Assembly: GCA_965602015.1 (NCBI GenBank)
Contig: OZ271918.1
Span: 2,880,001-2,944,000 of the forward strand
From: Salinispira sp.
GTDB lineage: Bacteria; Spirochaetota; Spirochaetia; DSM-27196; Salinispiraceae
Length of the DNA stretch: 64,000 bases
Direction of reading: 5' to 3'
Shown here: piece after piece, positions 36,413 to 45,405 of the stretch
How the letters are laid out: every line of letters starts with the position of its first letter
Position numbering within the stretch: the first letter of the stretch is position 1
Made by a program: the position numbers and the translations under genes
The notes under the pieces: model-generated
Seen by the model: the letters and a program-made list of their open reading frames with translations, nothing else
What the model was told of the DNA's origin: nothing
The model's database searches: none

Positions 36413-36755
36413 GGGATTCCTCCTGGCGAAGCTGTCGGTATATCTCATCGATGTTAAAACTGCCGGTTTTGCGGTACAGCCGAAAGGCGAGGGCGAGGGC
36501 AAGGGCCGTTATGCATACGCCGATTACGATGGCGGTGAGCATCAGGGCCTGGGGCACCGGATCGACGATGAACCGCACCCCGTCGCTGAGTATCGGCGAA
36601 TCGCCACCGGCTTCAGCTCCTCCCAGCACGAAGAGGATAACCGCAGCAGTATTGAGGATGGTCAGCCCAAAAATCTTTTTTATGATATTGCGGTGGGCCA
36701 CCACTCCGGCGAATCCCAGGAGAAAAATCATTCCCAAGAGTATGCGCTCGATCAA
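36399..36755 (-). CDS. mnhC: MnhC subunit
   Basis: NIIKKI, VDPVPQALMLTAIVIG; TTG start overlapping the mnhB stop inferred. Confidence 0.88.
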   Translation of the reverse strand: MIERILLGMIFLLGFAGVVAHRNIIKKIFGLTILNTAAVILFVLGGAEAGGDSPILSDGVRFIVDPVPQALMLTAIVIGVCITALALALAFRLYRKTGSFNIDEIYRQLRQEESRGSL

Positions 36756-37606
36756 TGATCCACCCTCCCGAGCATGGCGATGCACATAAAGCCGATGCCC
36801 GCGCCGACCTTAATGCCGATAACCGCGTTGAGCAGGATGATAAAAGCAACCGACGGGAGACCGGCCAGCTCGAGGACATTGGCGAAAAAGCCCCCGCCGG
36901 TGACGATTCCCGCCAAGCCCGCCAACACCAAAAGCAGGAATCCCGCGCCTTCCAGGGCGGCCAGAACCGTCGGCTCCGTCAGCCGGGTGGAAGCGCCTTT
37001 GCGGCCCCCCAGGGCCAAAAACACGATACCCGAGGCAATGACCACGCCGCCCTGAAATCCGCCGCCCGGCGAAAGATGACCATAGAGCATCACGTAGATG
37101 CCGAAAACCAGTACCACGGGACCAAGCTTGCCGGTCACCACTTCGAGCAGGACGGTGCGCAGCCGGCGATGTACCGGTTGAATTTTAGGTTTTGCGTCCG
37201 CTTCTGGGAACGACGGCGCCCGGCTGCCCATGCCGACCGATATCCCCGTGGCCTTCGATTCTTCTGCGCCAGAATGGTTACGGCCGGCAGCACTGCCTTG
37301 AGCGTCCAGATTTTCGTATCCCCGGGCCAGCGCTGCTCCGGCCTGGGCGATGATGCCGATGGTCCCGCTCACCGCAACCAACAGGACTATGGTTTCACCC
37401 AGGGTGTCGAACACCCGGTAGCCAAGATAAATGGCGCTGACGGTATTCCTGGCGCCGGTATCCTCTATTGCCGACTCCTGGAGATAGTCGGCGGCTATGC
37501 GGGGCCAGGGAGAGGATTCGAGAATCAAGGGCAGAAGAAGAAGGGCGCCCGCCGCCAGGGTGAGGGCAAGGTACAATGCCGAAGCGATTCGTCTGATTCG
37601 ATTCAA
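36752..37606 (-). CDS. mnhB: MnhB subunit
   Basis: NTVSAIYLGYRVFDTLGE, GHLSPGGGFQGG, GIKVG. Confidence 0.88.
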   Translation of the reverse strand: MNRIRRIASALYLALTLAAGALLLLPLILESSPWPRIAADYLQESAIEDTGARNTVSAIYLGYRVFDTLGETIVLLVAVSGTIGIIAQAGAALARGYENLDAQGSAAGRNHSGAEESKATGISVGMGSRAPSFPEADAKPKIQPVHRRLRTVLLEVVTGKLGPVVLVFGIYVMLYGHLSPGGGFQGGVVIASGIVFLALGGRKGASTRLTEPTVLAALEGAGFLLLVLAGLAGIVTGGGFFANVLELAGLPSVAFIILLNAVIGIKVGAGIGFMCIAMLGRVDH

Positions 37607-37833
37607 TTTCCGCCCCTCTCAGTAGACTTAATGGCCCAGACGAAGATAACCGTGGAAACTCCCGCCCCCACCGCCGCCTCGGTAATGGCAACATCCGGCG
37701 CCTGAAGATAGAAAAACAAGAGGGCGGAGATGAGGCTGATTCCCGAAAGGGCGATTACTCCATGCAGCAGATCGCCGCTGAACAGGGCGTATGCGGCCAT
37801 GGCAAAAATGAGCAGAAGCAGAGCAATAACCAT
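37603..37833 (-). CDS. DUF4040/MbhD-like small subunit
   Basis: APDVAITEAAVGAG; real start MVIALL at 37833, inside the longer ORF. Confidence 0.85.
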   Translation of the reverse strand: MVIALLLLIFAMAAYALFSGDLLHGVIALSGISLISALLFFYLQAPDVAITEAAVGAGVSTVIFVWAIKSTERGGN

Positions 37834-38270
37834 CAGGCTTCTCCGTCCGTCCGCGCGCCGGGGCCCCGGCGGCGCCTCCGTTTTGGCGGCGCTCCACCCC
37901 TCCGGTCGCCGCTTCGGAGTACACCTCGGGGTCGCCAGGGCTGTATTCCCGAGTTCCAGGTGAAGCGGGCCACAATATGACCGCCGGTGGGCGAGGACAA
38001 CAGAAAGAACACGATAATAATAAAAATTCTCAGAGCCATCGCCACAGTCGGAGCCATCAGCAGCCCCGCAATAAAAAACGACATCGCGCCGGTGGTTCCC
38101 GCCAGCGAACCGGCCTGAAGCCGGGAGTATGGATCGGGGAAGCGGAACAGGCCTATCAGACCGCCTATGGTAAAAATCACTCCGGCAGCCAGAAAGCCCG
38201 CTGCAAGCCACTCGGCGGCGAGGCTCAGGATATCCCCCAGGCTTCGAGCGGATTCAAGGGCATTAGTCAT
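37833..38270 (-). CDS. mnhG: MnhG subunit
   Basis: GLFRFPDPYSRLQA, SPTGGH; Arg-rich C-terminal tail. Confidence 0.85.
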   Translation of the reverse strand: MTNALESARSLGDILSLAAEWLAAGFLAAGVIFTIGGLIGLFRFPDPYSRLQAGSLAGTTGAMSFFIAGLLMAPTVAMALRIFIIIVFFLLSSPTGGHIVARFTWNSGIQPWRPRGVLRSGDRRGGAPPKRRRRRGPGARTDGEA

Positions 38271-38553
38271 CGGCATCCTCCTCTTCCCCCATCCGGTCGC
38301 GCAGGAACCGGGCAATGGCCAGAAAGCCGAGAAAACCGAAAATGTCGTAGACCAGGGCAACATCGAGATAGAGCACCCGCGCCTCGCTTACTCCGCGAAT
38401 TACCAGAAAGGCCAACGCAAGGCCCGACAGGACATTGAGGGCCACCAATCGGTCGGCCGAGCTCGGACCGATGATCAAACGGATAATGCTTACGGCCCCC
38501 GCTGCGGCGATAAACCACTGGACCCACTCCAACAGCTGCCCGGTCATTGCCAT
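38263..38553 (-). CDS. mnhF: MnhF subunit
   Basis: RLIIGPSSADRLVAL, YLDVALVY. Confidence 0.9.
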   Translation of the reverse strand: MAMTGQLLEWVQWFIAAAGAVSIIRLIIGPSSADRLVALNVLSGLALAFLVIRGVSEARVLYLDVALVYDIFGFLGFLAIARFLRDRMGEEEDADD

Positions 38554-39056
38554 ACCTTCCGAAGCAGTTTCTCCATCGGACCCTTTACGGCCTCTCCGGC
38601 GGCCCGGGAGTTTGCAGTGTCGCAGAAAAACCAGTGGACAATCAGGTGGTCGTCGTTGAGGTCGAGGGTGATGGTTCCCGGGGTGAAGGTGATCGAATTG
38701 GACAGTACCATCCTGCCCAGGTCGGACTTCATGCGGGTGCGGAAATGAACGATTCGGGGATTTACCCTGCCGCTGAAAACCGCCAGAAGCATAATAAAGG
38801 AGGAGCGGTACATCGCCCCCATCAGGTAGAAAATATAGATAATGAGGAAAAAGGGCCGGGGCATAAATGAATTAAGCGAAGCCTCATGGGGCGCGATAAA
38901 CTCATCATAGGTCAGGGCAGCAATAAGAACTGCGCCGAGAGCCCCGCTGACAAGCGAAAAGGGATTAAAGCTCGCGGTAAACACCAGCCATACGGAGAAC
39001 AGGGCTCCGGCGGTCAACAGGAATCGGATGAGCCGCCACATTTGACGGGACTGCAT
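38544..39056 (-). CDS. mnhE: MnhE subunit
   Basis: PRIVHFRT, LSNSITFTPGT, LIVHW. Confidence 0.9.
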   Translation of the reverse strand: MQSRQMWRLIRFLLTAGALFSVWLVFTASFNPFSLVSGALGAVLIAALTYDEFIAPHEASLNSFMPRPFFLIIYIFYLMGAMYRSSFIMLLAVFSGRVNPRIVHFRTRMKSDLGRMVLSNSITFTPGTITLDLNDDHLIVHWFFCDTANSRAAGEAVKGPMEKLLRKVWQ

Positions 39057-39058
39057 TG

Positions 39059-39517
39059 CTACTCATCTCCGCCGCAGAGCGCGGAATAGAAATCCTCGGG
39101 ACTGCCGGCCTCCAGAAGGGCGGCGCGGGTATTTCCGTCGTGAAGCAGCCGGGCGAGTTTGGAAAGCACCTTCAAATGCAGGCCGGTGTTCTGCTTGGGC
39201 CCCACCATGAGGAAGACCAGGGTAACCTCGGAGCCGTCCTCCGCAGCGAAATCCAGTCCGCCTGAAAACCGTCCGGCGGATATTATGGTTTCCTTCACGC
39301 CGTCCGAATGGGCATGGGGCACCGCGCAGCCCGAACCGAGGGCCGTCGATGAGAGCTTCTCCCGGGCGATTACATCGGAAAAAAGTACTTCGCTGTCGGT
39401 AACCGTTCCGCTCAATTCGAGGGCGGCGACCAGCTGCCTGAGGCAATCCTCCTTGTTTTCCGCAGCAGCGTCGAGTTTAATCCGCTCCGGTTGAATCATT
39501 CTGCACATCGCACCCAT
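39059..39517 (-). CDS. PTS EIIA (Ntr/fructose-type) protein
   Basis: REKLSSTALGSGCAVPHA with the phospho-acceptor His; HLKVLSKLARLL. Confidence 0.9.
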   Translation of the reverse strand: MGAMCRMIQPERIKLDAAAENKEDCLRQLVAALELSGTVTDSEVLFSDVIAREKLSSTALGSGCAVPHAHSDGVKETIISAGRFSGGLDFAAEDGSEVTLVFLMVGPKQNTGLHLKVLSKLARLLHDGNTRAALLEAGSPEDFYSALCGGDE

Positions 39518-39519
39518 GG

Positions 39520-39867
39520 CTACACCTCTTCATCTTCGGGAACCAGTCCCGCTGCCCAGTCTACAGGAACGGTAAACATTATGCCGGTACCCGGATTCTC
39601 AATTCCTCCGACCACCCGGTCTACCAGTTCCTTTACGCGGCTGACGACTGAATCGTTTTTAATAACGGAAATTATCGTTTTGTTATACGGCTTATTGCCC
39701 TTCATAAATTCCTTGAAGCTGGCGAACAGGGGAACCTCGTATGCCAGAAATCGCCCCATACCTTCGGAATCCAGGAGGGTCGCCCCGGCCACCCCGGCTT
39801 CCACATAGGCCTCGAGCACATCTTCGAGAAATTCTTCCTTGTTCAAAACGAAAACCAGCAGCTTCAT
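39520..39867 (-). CDS. PII-like signalling protein
   Basis: 115 aa; MKLLVFVLN…GVAGAT…GMG…GTGIMFTVPV, a ferredoxin-fold PII pattern. Confidence 0.75.
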   Translation of the reverse strand: MKLLVFVLNKEEFLEDVLEAYVEAGVAGATLLDSEGMGRFLAYEVPLFASFKEFMKGNKPYNKTIISVIKNDSVVSRVKELVDRVVGGIENPGTGIMFTVPVDWAAGLVPEDEEV

Positions 39868-39884
39868 GAAACTCTCCGGTCAAC

Positions 39885-39913
39885 ATGGTAGGTTCGCTCG
39901 GTTCCGTTGTCAA
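39885..39913 (-). promoter_or_regulatory. sigma70-type promoter of the PII-EIIA-mnh operon
   Basis: TTGACA-17bp-TACCAT on minus. Confidence 0.65.
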
Positions 39914-39948
39914 GATTGGGGATTACCTCAAAAAATACCGGACAGGCC

Positions 39949-39976
39949 TTGCAATCCATCTTTTGAGTGATACAAT
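39949..39976 (+). promoter_or_regulatory. possible sigma70 promoter of the divergent lipoprotein gene
   Basis: TTGCAA-16bp-TACAAT with an extended -10 TG. Confidence 0.5.
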
Positions 39977-40094
39977 TAGTATTGTTAATTCTGTTTAACG
40001 GATAATTAATATTAACTTATCGGATCCCTCGAGGGTTCTGCTTCCCTGTGTCCCGCACCGCATTGTTTACCGAGAGGTATCCCGGGGAGGCAAC

Positions 40095-42563
40095 ATGAAG
40101 TCATTAAAACCCTCAGTCCGGATTCTTCGCAGGATTTCCCTGCTCCTGATTGCCGGAATCACCCTCTTTGCCGGCTGCGATTTGCTCGGTCCGATCGTAA
40201 ACGGGGACGATCCTGATCCCCCCGACGCCCCGTTCAACGTCCAGCTCCAGGTCTTGTCTTCCACCCAAATACGGATTAACTGGGAAAGCGACGGTCGGGA
40301 CCTGGACGGCTTCGTCATCAGGCGGCGCATGGATCAGACGAATTTTCAAACCATCGGTCAGCCCGGAAAGGACGACCGCTTTTTTATCGACGGAACCCTG
40401 GACCCGGAAACCGAATACTTCTACCAGATCCAAGCCACGGGACCCGGAGGTGAAAGCGAATTCACTCCTGTTCCCGAGCTTTCCGCTGTTACCCTGGTCG
40501 ACGGGGGAATGCCGGCCTTCCTGGCACAGGATACCGAGATGTATCCGAACCAGGGCACCCTGGGAAACAACATTATTGAGCTGCTGATCCCCGGTCAGCA
40601 ATACGATGTGGAGATAATGATCAACACCCTCGACTGGCTGCAATTTCCCGTGCAACCCAACGGGGATGTGTACTGCGAACTCGATGAGTTCGAACTGCTG
40701 GAGGGTGAGAACTCCATACTCTTTCGCTACCGCCATCCCGATACCGGACAGACCGGCGACGCGGGAGAGCTGATCGTCCACCGGGGTTTCATCGACCTCG
40801 GCAGGGATTTCGAGGATTCGGGTTTTGATATTCCTCAGGTTCGCCTGCAGGCTGATGTGGTCAACGACGGGGTGTTCACCCTCTATGAGCGGGACCCCAT
40901 GTCAAGCGATCCTTATGCTCCGGTAGCCGGTCATCTGCTTATTCCCCACTCGGACGGTTCGATGGCGGTGGCCAACGGCGGGGATGTACTCCTGGGGCTC
41001 GAACTGGAAAGCGCATCGCTCGAGTACGCCTACCTTGCGCTGTTCAACTATAATTTCTACACGCAGAATTTCGAACTGGCGGTAAATACCGGAGCCAGCC
41101 TCTCAGGCGCCTTGTACAAGATTGTAAACAATGTCGACTCTCCCCTCGTCCCTGGCGACGGAGCGGACTTCATTTCAGTCTTGAGTTTCGAAGACGGCGA
41201 CGGCAACCGGATATACAGCCATCCGGGCATCCAGCTGGATGGCAGCCACCCGGATTTTGACCCGTCAACCGGAGACTTCATCTTCGAAGGTTTATCAGGA
41301 GGACATGACTATCACCTTGAGACCCTGTGGAACAGCGAAGAGTATCATATGTTCTGGCGGGAACATCCGGTTCCGGTCTCTGGAAATCAGGACGTGGGAA
41401 CATGGTACTACGACCTGGATCGGCCGGTTATCCTCATTCAGCACCATGGCTGGGGGCATTACGACTGGGTCGCTGAAATGAACCAATACGTCAGTGACAA
41501 CACGGCAGCATTCGGGAATATTGACTGGATACGCAACGAATACCGGGAGTTCGATGAAATCGTCAACATCCTCTCGGACAACAGCCATCCGCTTCACGGC
41601 AAAACCGTTATGACGTTCACGAACTATCACATTGATTACGGCGGCGGAACGGTGGTGAATCTCACAGACCTCATTACCTCAGGCAGATTTCGGGAACTGG
41701 GCGCCTTGGGCATTGTGGAAGCGGATTATCAGCCGGCCTACCAGCATCCCAGCGGCTTCTACGGCATGCCTTTTTACACGGGAAATCATCTTATGCTCTA
41801 CTACAATAGCTCGCTGATCAGCCAGGTTGATGTTCCCATCAATTCCGCGGAACTTCTCGCCCTTGACCCGTCAGCGACACCGGCGGGAAGCAGCCACTGG
41901 CTTGCCTATAATTATTTTGAACCATTCTGGCTCATTCCCTGGATTACCGGCTCCGCCGGGTTCCCCCTGGACGCAGCGGAAAACAAGGACCTCAACACCG
42001 CGGAAATGATTAACGCCCTGGGCTTTGTGGATTCCCTGCTCTCCGACGGCATACTCGCCCCTGATACGGATTACACGGCGGCGGACGATATGTTCCGCAA
42101 CGGCGAAGTGCCGATGATAATCAACGGCGACTGGACCTTCGATTCCTACCGTGAACATTTCGGACCCGACCTTGGCGTCGCAGCCCTTCCGGCCCTTGAA
42201 GCCCCGTCGGTTCCGTTCACCGAATCATTGAATTTCTACATCGTGGATCGGGGCGATCCGAGCTTTGAGCAGGCTTTGGCCGATATGCTTCTTGCCCTTC
42301 AGGATGAGACCGCAATCGAATCGGCCTACGCCGGTGTGACCGACGTCATTCAAATACCGAGGATTCCCGCCCTCCTGTTGACCCACGACAATCTGGGCGA
42401 TGCGTTGTACCAGGACATGGTAAATCTGCTTCCGGCGGATAATCCCCTGCCCCGATCGCAGGGAATGGATGACGCGTGGCAGGCCATGCTTAACGTCTAC
42501 CCCGACTTCCTGAACGGCACCTTGACGGCAACCGAAGCGGCCGCCGCCATGCAGGCCTACTAA
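40095..42563 (+). CDS. lipoprotein: Fn3 domain, unknown middle region, C-terminal sugar-type solute-binding domain
   Basis: Lipobox LFAGC; Fn3 motif (INW…LDPETEYFYQIQA); MalE-like C-terminus (YGMPF…LMLYYN, FRNGEVPMIINGDW, LGVAALP). Confidence 0.75.
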   Translation: MKSLKPSVRILRRISLLLIAGITLFAGCDLLGPIVNGDDPDPPDAPFNVQLQVLSSTQIRINWESDGRDLDGFVIRRRMDQTNFQTIGQPGKDDRFFIDGTLDPETEYFYQIQATGPGGESEFTPVPELSAVTLVDGGMPAFLAQDTEMYPNQGTLGNNIIELLIPGQQYDVEIMINTLDWLQFPVQPNGDVYCELDEFELLEGENSILFRYRHPDTGQTGDAGELIVHRGFIDLGRDFEDSGFDIPQVRLQADVVNDGVFTLYERDPMSSDPYAPVAGHLLIPHSDGSMAVANGGDVLLGLELESASLEYAYLALFNYNFYTQNFELAVNTGASLSGALYKIVNNVDSPLVPGDGADFISVLSFEDGDGNRIYSHPGIQLDGSHPDFDPSTGDFIFEGLSGGHDYHLETLWNSEEYHMFWREHPVPVSGNQDVGTWYYDLDRPVILIQHHGWGHYDWVAEMNQYVSDNTAAFGNIDWIRNEYREFDEIVNILSDNSHPLHGKTVMTFTNYHIDYGGGTVVNLTDLITSGRFRELGALGIVEADYQPAYQHPSGFYGMPFYTGNHLMLYYNSSLISQVDVPINSAELLALDPSATPAGSSHWLAYNYFEPFWLIPWITGSAGFPLDAAENKDLNTAEMINALGFVDSLLSDGILAPDTDYTAADDMFRNGEVPMIINGDWTFDSYREHFGPDLGVAALPALEAPSVPFTESLNFYIVDRGDPSFEQALADMLLALQDETAIESAYAGVTDVIQIPRIPALLLTHDNLGDALYQDMVNLLPADNPLPRSQGMDDAWQAMLNVYPDFLNGTLTATEAAAAMQAY

Positions 42564-42613
42564 GCCCCGCTTTTGGGACTGCTGCGCCGCCTGTTTATTG
42601 AGGCGGCGCAGCC

Positions 42614-43372
42614 TTAGGCAAATGTCCCCGACCGGCTGATCCAGGGGCATATCAGGATTTCCAGCCGGTCGAGCAGGGCCAACAGGGCCGCTGCGGTAAT
42701 GCCGAGGGCAAGAATGCCGGCGAACATCATCCGGTAATCGGCCATAATCCAGCTGTTCATCACGAAGTACCCCAGGCCGTACTCGGTGGCATAGTTCTCC
42801 GCGAAAAAGAGCACCGCCATGCCGATGCCCACGGACACCCTGAGGGCCGAGAATAAGCCCGGCATGGCCGCCGGCAGGTACATCTTCCAGAGCCTGCGCC
42901 GCTTTGTCAGCCCCAGACTAAACGCCGCCCGGTGATACTCCGGCGGGATGGCCTTCATGGAATCCCGAACCGCCAGGCTAATCTGAAATATCATAACCGC
43001 AAATACCAGAATGACTTTGGACAGGTCGCCCAGTCCGAACAACAGCATAAACAAGGGCAAAAAGGCGATTTTCGGGAGGGGATATAACAGATACAGCAGA
43101 GGGGACAGGCTCCGGTCGGCCGCGGCGTTCACTCCCAATACGATGCCGATGGGTAGCCCGGCGAGAACTGCAGCGCCAATGCCGCCGAACAGCCTCAGCA
43201 GGCTGGCAAGGGCATGGGATGGAAGGCTTCCGTCGGCAGTCAGTTTTATGAACTGACCTATCACCGCCGGTGGCGCAGGCACCAGCGCCGGACCGATAAT
43301 CAGGCTCGCTACCCACCAGAGGGCCGTCAGAGCCAGTATTCCGTAGATAATCCGCAGCGCCCGGCCCTTCAC
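42614..43372 (-). CDS. ABC transporter permease (SsuC/TauC/NitT family)
   Basis: YPLPKIAFLP, LPAAMP, FAE…GLGY. Confidence 0.9.
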   Translation of the reverse strand: MKGRALRIIYGILALTALWWVASLIIGPALVPAPPAVIGQFIKLTADGSLPSHALASLLRLFGGIGAAVLAGLPIGIVLGVNAAADRSLSPLLYLLYPLPKIAFLPLFMLLFGLGDLSKVILVFAVMIFQISLAVRDSMKAIPPEYHRAAFSLGLTKRRRLWKMYLPAAMPGLFSALRVSVGIGMAVLFFAENYATEYGLGYFVMNSWIMADYRMMFAGILALGITAAALLALLDRLEILICPWISRSGTFA

Positions 43373-44232
43373 TCTGCCCCCCGTGTTTTTTCACCGTAGG
43401 ACCGGCGCTCTGTGCCCTCCCGCTCTTTTATCGGATACCCTATTTTTGACGCCCCTGCACCGCCTCCTGCGGATGCGCTGCTGTGTCCGCCGAGAAGTTT
43501 CCGCAGCTCCACGGCGCGCCGGTAGAAGTCCCCGTGTTCCCGGGCCTGAGGGTCGGGAAACAGGGGATTATCGTATTCCGCCGCCAGGCGCCCCCGTTCC
43601 ATGACGTATACCCGGGGCGCCAGGAACAGGGCCTCTTCGATTCCGTGGGTGACGTATATGCAGGTTACCTTCCGCTCCTGCTGCACCGCGAGAAGAAGGT
43701 CCTGCAGGGATTCCCGGGTAAACGCGTCCAGGGCGGCGCTGGGTTCATCGAGGAGTAATATTTCGGGGCTGTTCATCAGGCTGCGGGCCAGGGAAACCCG
43801 CTGCCGCTCACCGCCGCTCATCTGGCCCGGGTAGCGGGAGGCGCAATGTCCCACTCCCAGTTCTTCCAGCAGCTCACCGGCCCGGCCGGTCTCCCGGGGC
43901 GCGGGCAGCAGCACATTGCCAAGGCCCGTAAGCCAGGGGAAAAGGGCGTCGCTTTGCTGAACCAGGCCCGGCCGCCGGGTAAGCTGTGGCCGAAGGGCAG
44001 CGCCGGCGGTGACGGGATTGGCATTGTCAGATCCCGTCGGCTTCCCTGATGACGTCTCAATGCTGCCGGATTGGGGAGTGATGAGCCCGGCAATGAGGTG
44101 AAGCATGGTGGTCTTGCCGCAGCCCGATGACCCGATTACCGAGCAGGCTCCGCCGCTTGGAATATCCAGGTCTATTCCCGAGACGCCACCGCCGCCGGGG
44201 TACTCGTATCGAAGACTGCGCAGACGGATCAA
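43369..44232 (-). CDS. ABC transporter ATP-binding protein (SsuB/TauB-like)
   Basis: GSSGCGKTT, LFPWLT, MSGGERQR, LDEPSAALD. Confidence 0.92.
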   Translation of the reverse strand: MIRLRSLRYEYPGGGGVSGIDLDIPSGGACSVIGSSGCGKTTMLHLIAGLITPQSGSIETSSGKPTGSDNANPVTAGAALRPQLTRRPGLVQQSDALFPWLTGLGNVLLPAPRETGRAGELLEELGVGHCASRYPGQMSGGERQRVSLARSLMNSPEILLLDEPSAALDAFTRESLQDLLLAVQQERKVTCIYVTHGIEEALFLAPRVYVMERGRLAAEYDNPLFPDPQAREHGDFYRRAVELRKLLGGHSSASAGGGAGASKIGYPIKEREGTERRSYGEKTRGAE

Positions 44233-45212
44233 TTGCGCTCTGCTCCCTCCAGCAGTTCCGGGGCAATGAGATCCCCGGGGGTCACATTGAGGTTCCGTCC
44301 GAGAATGCCGGAGGTCCAGTCGATAATGCTTTGGAGGTACGCTCCGTCGGGAAGCCGCGCCGGATGGTAGCTGGGCAGGATGATATTGTCCCGCAGCTGT
44401 GGGGGAAGATTGGGTATGTATTCAATGAGCATGTCCCTGGCAAGGCTGGGGTCCTGATTGATATCAGCCACCGCCCGGTTATATGCCCGGATAAATGCGC
44501 CGATAGCCTCACGGCGACCCCCAAGGGCAGCAGAGGTAAACGCCATGACGTCGGGACTAAATCCTCCGGGAGCTTCAAATAGCCATTTTTCCAACCCCCT
44601 GGCCTCTCCGATGCTGGCAAAGGGTTCGGGAAAGATTCCCGCGTCGAGCCGTCCGGCCAGCACCGCTTCAAGACGCACAGGGATGGCGTTGACATAGGTT
44701 TTTTCCAGCTCGTAGTCGCCGGCGAGCCAGGAATCGACGAGGAAGTTGGTCACCGATACTTCCATGAGGCCAACCTGCAAAACATCCCGGTCTTCGCTTC
44801 CCGCCCGGACCAGAACCGGGAAGACGCCGTCGGTGAGCATGGGAGCCCGGAGTTCGAACCCCGCATCATTGTTGACCGCAAGGGCAACCAGGTCGGTCAT
44901 GGCGCCGTCGACCTGACCGGTCTGGAGGGCGCTCTGGCGATCCTGTCCGCTGGTAAACAGGGTTATCTCCACATCAAGCCCCTCAGCGCTGAAGTAGCCC
45001 CGGTGGGCGGCGAGATACATCGGCGCGCTGTCCACTGCGGGCATAAGGCCGATCCGCAGTTCCATAAGCGGCGTCGCCGCTTCTGCTTCCGCCGCGGCGG
45101 AACCGGCTACTCCCGAGGGCTCTCCGGCGCCGCGGGCAAACAGAGCGGCTGCGGTAAAAATGCATATAATAGAAACGAGAGATCTGCGAAAGATCGCTGA
45201 TTGCTTTTTCAT
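44229..45212 (-). CDS. ABC transporter substrate-binding protein (SsuA/NMT1-like)
   Basis: Signal peptide; LRIGLMPAVDSAP, GYFSAEGL, PEPF. Confidence 0.85.
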   Translation of the reverse strand: MKKQSAIFRRSLVSIICIFTAAALFARGAGEPSGVAGSAAAEAEAATPLMELRIGLMPAVDSAPMYLAAHRGYFSAEGLDVEITLFTSGQDRQSALQTGQVDGAMTDLVALAVNNDAGFELRAPMLTDGVFPVLVRAGSEDRDVLQVGLMEVSVTNFLVDSWLAGDYELEKTYVNAIPVRLEAVLAGRLDAGIFPEPFASIGEARGLEKWLFEAPGGFSPDVMAFTSAALGGRREAIGAFIRAYNRAVADINQDPSLARDMLIEYIPNLPPQLRDNIILPSYHPARLPDGAYLQSIIDWTSGILGRNLNVTPGDLIAPELLEGAERN

Positions 45213-45405
45213 ATTCCTGAGGATAGCAGGGACTCCCCCGGGGCTCAAGACGGGAAGGGGTCGGGTAAATATCGCCGTTTATTTCCCAAAAAGATTGTCG
45301 CCGGCAGCGGAATTTGCGATGCTATAGATATAGAACGATCGTTCTTTTATTTTTTTGCCCTTCAGCCGCTCGGGGGGTGCTCGGGCACAAGCCCTGGAGA
45401 TTTCC

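Noticed and set aside
45213..45405. TPP or other riboswitch upstream of the NMT1/SsuA-like ABC genes
   Set aside because: No recognisable aptamer consensus, and the region is short and shared with the divergent RND promoter.
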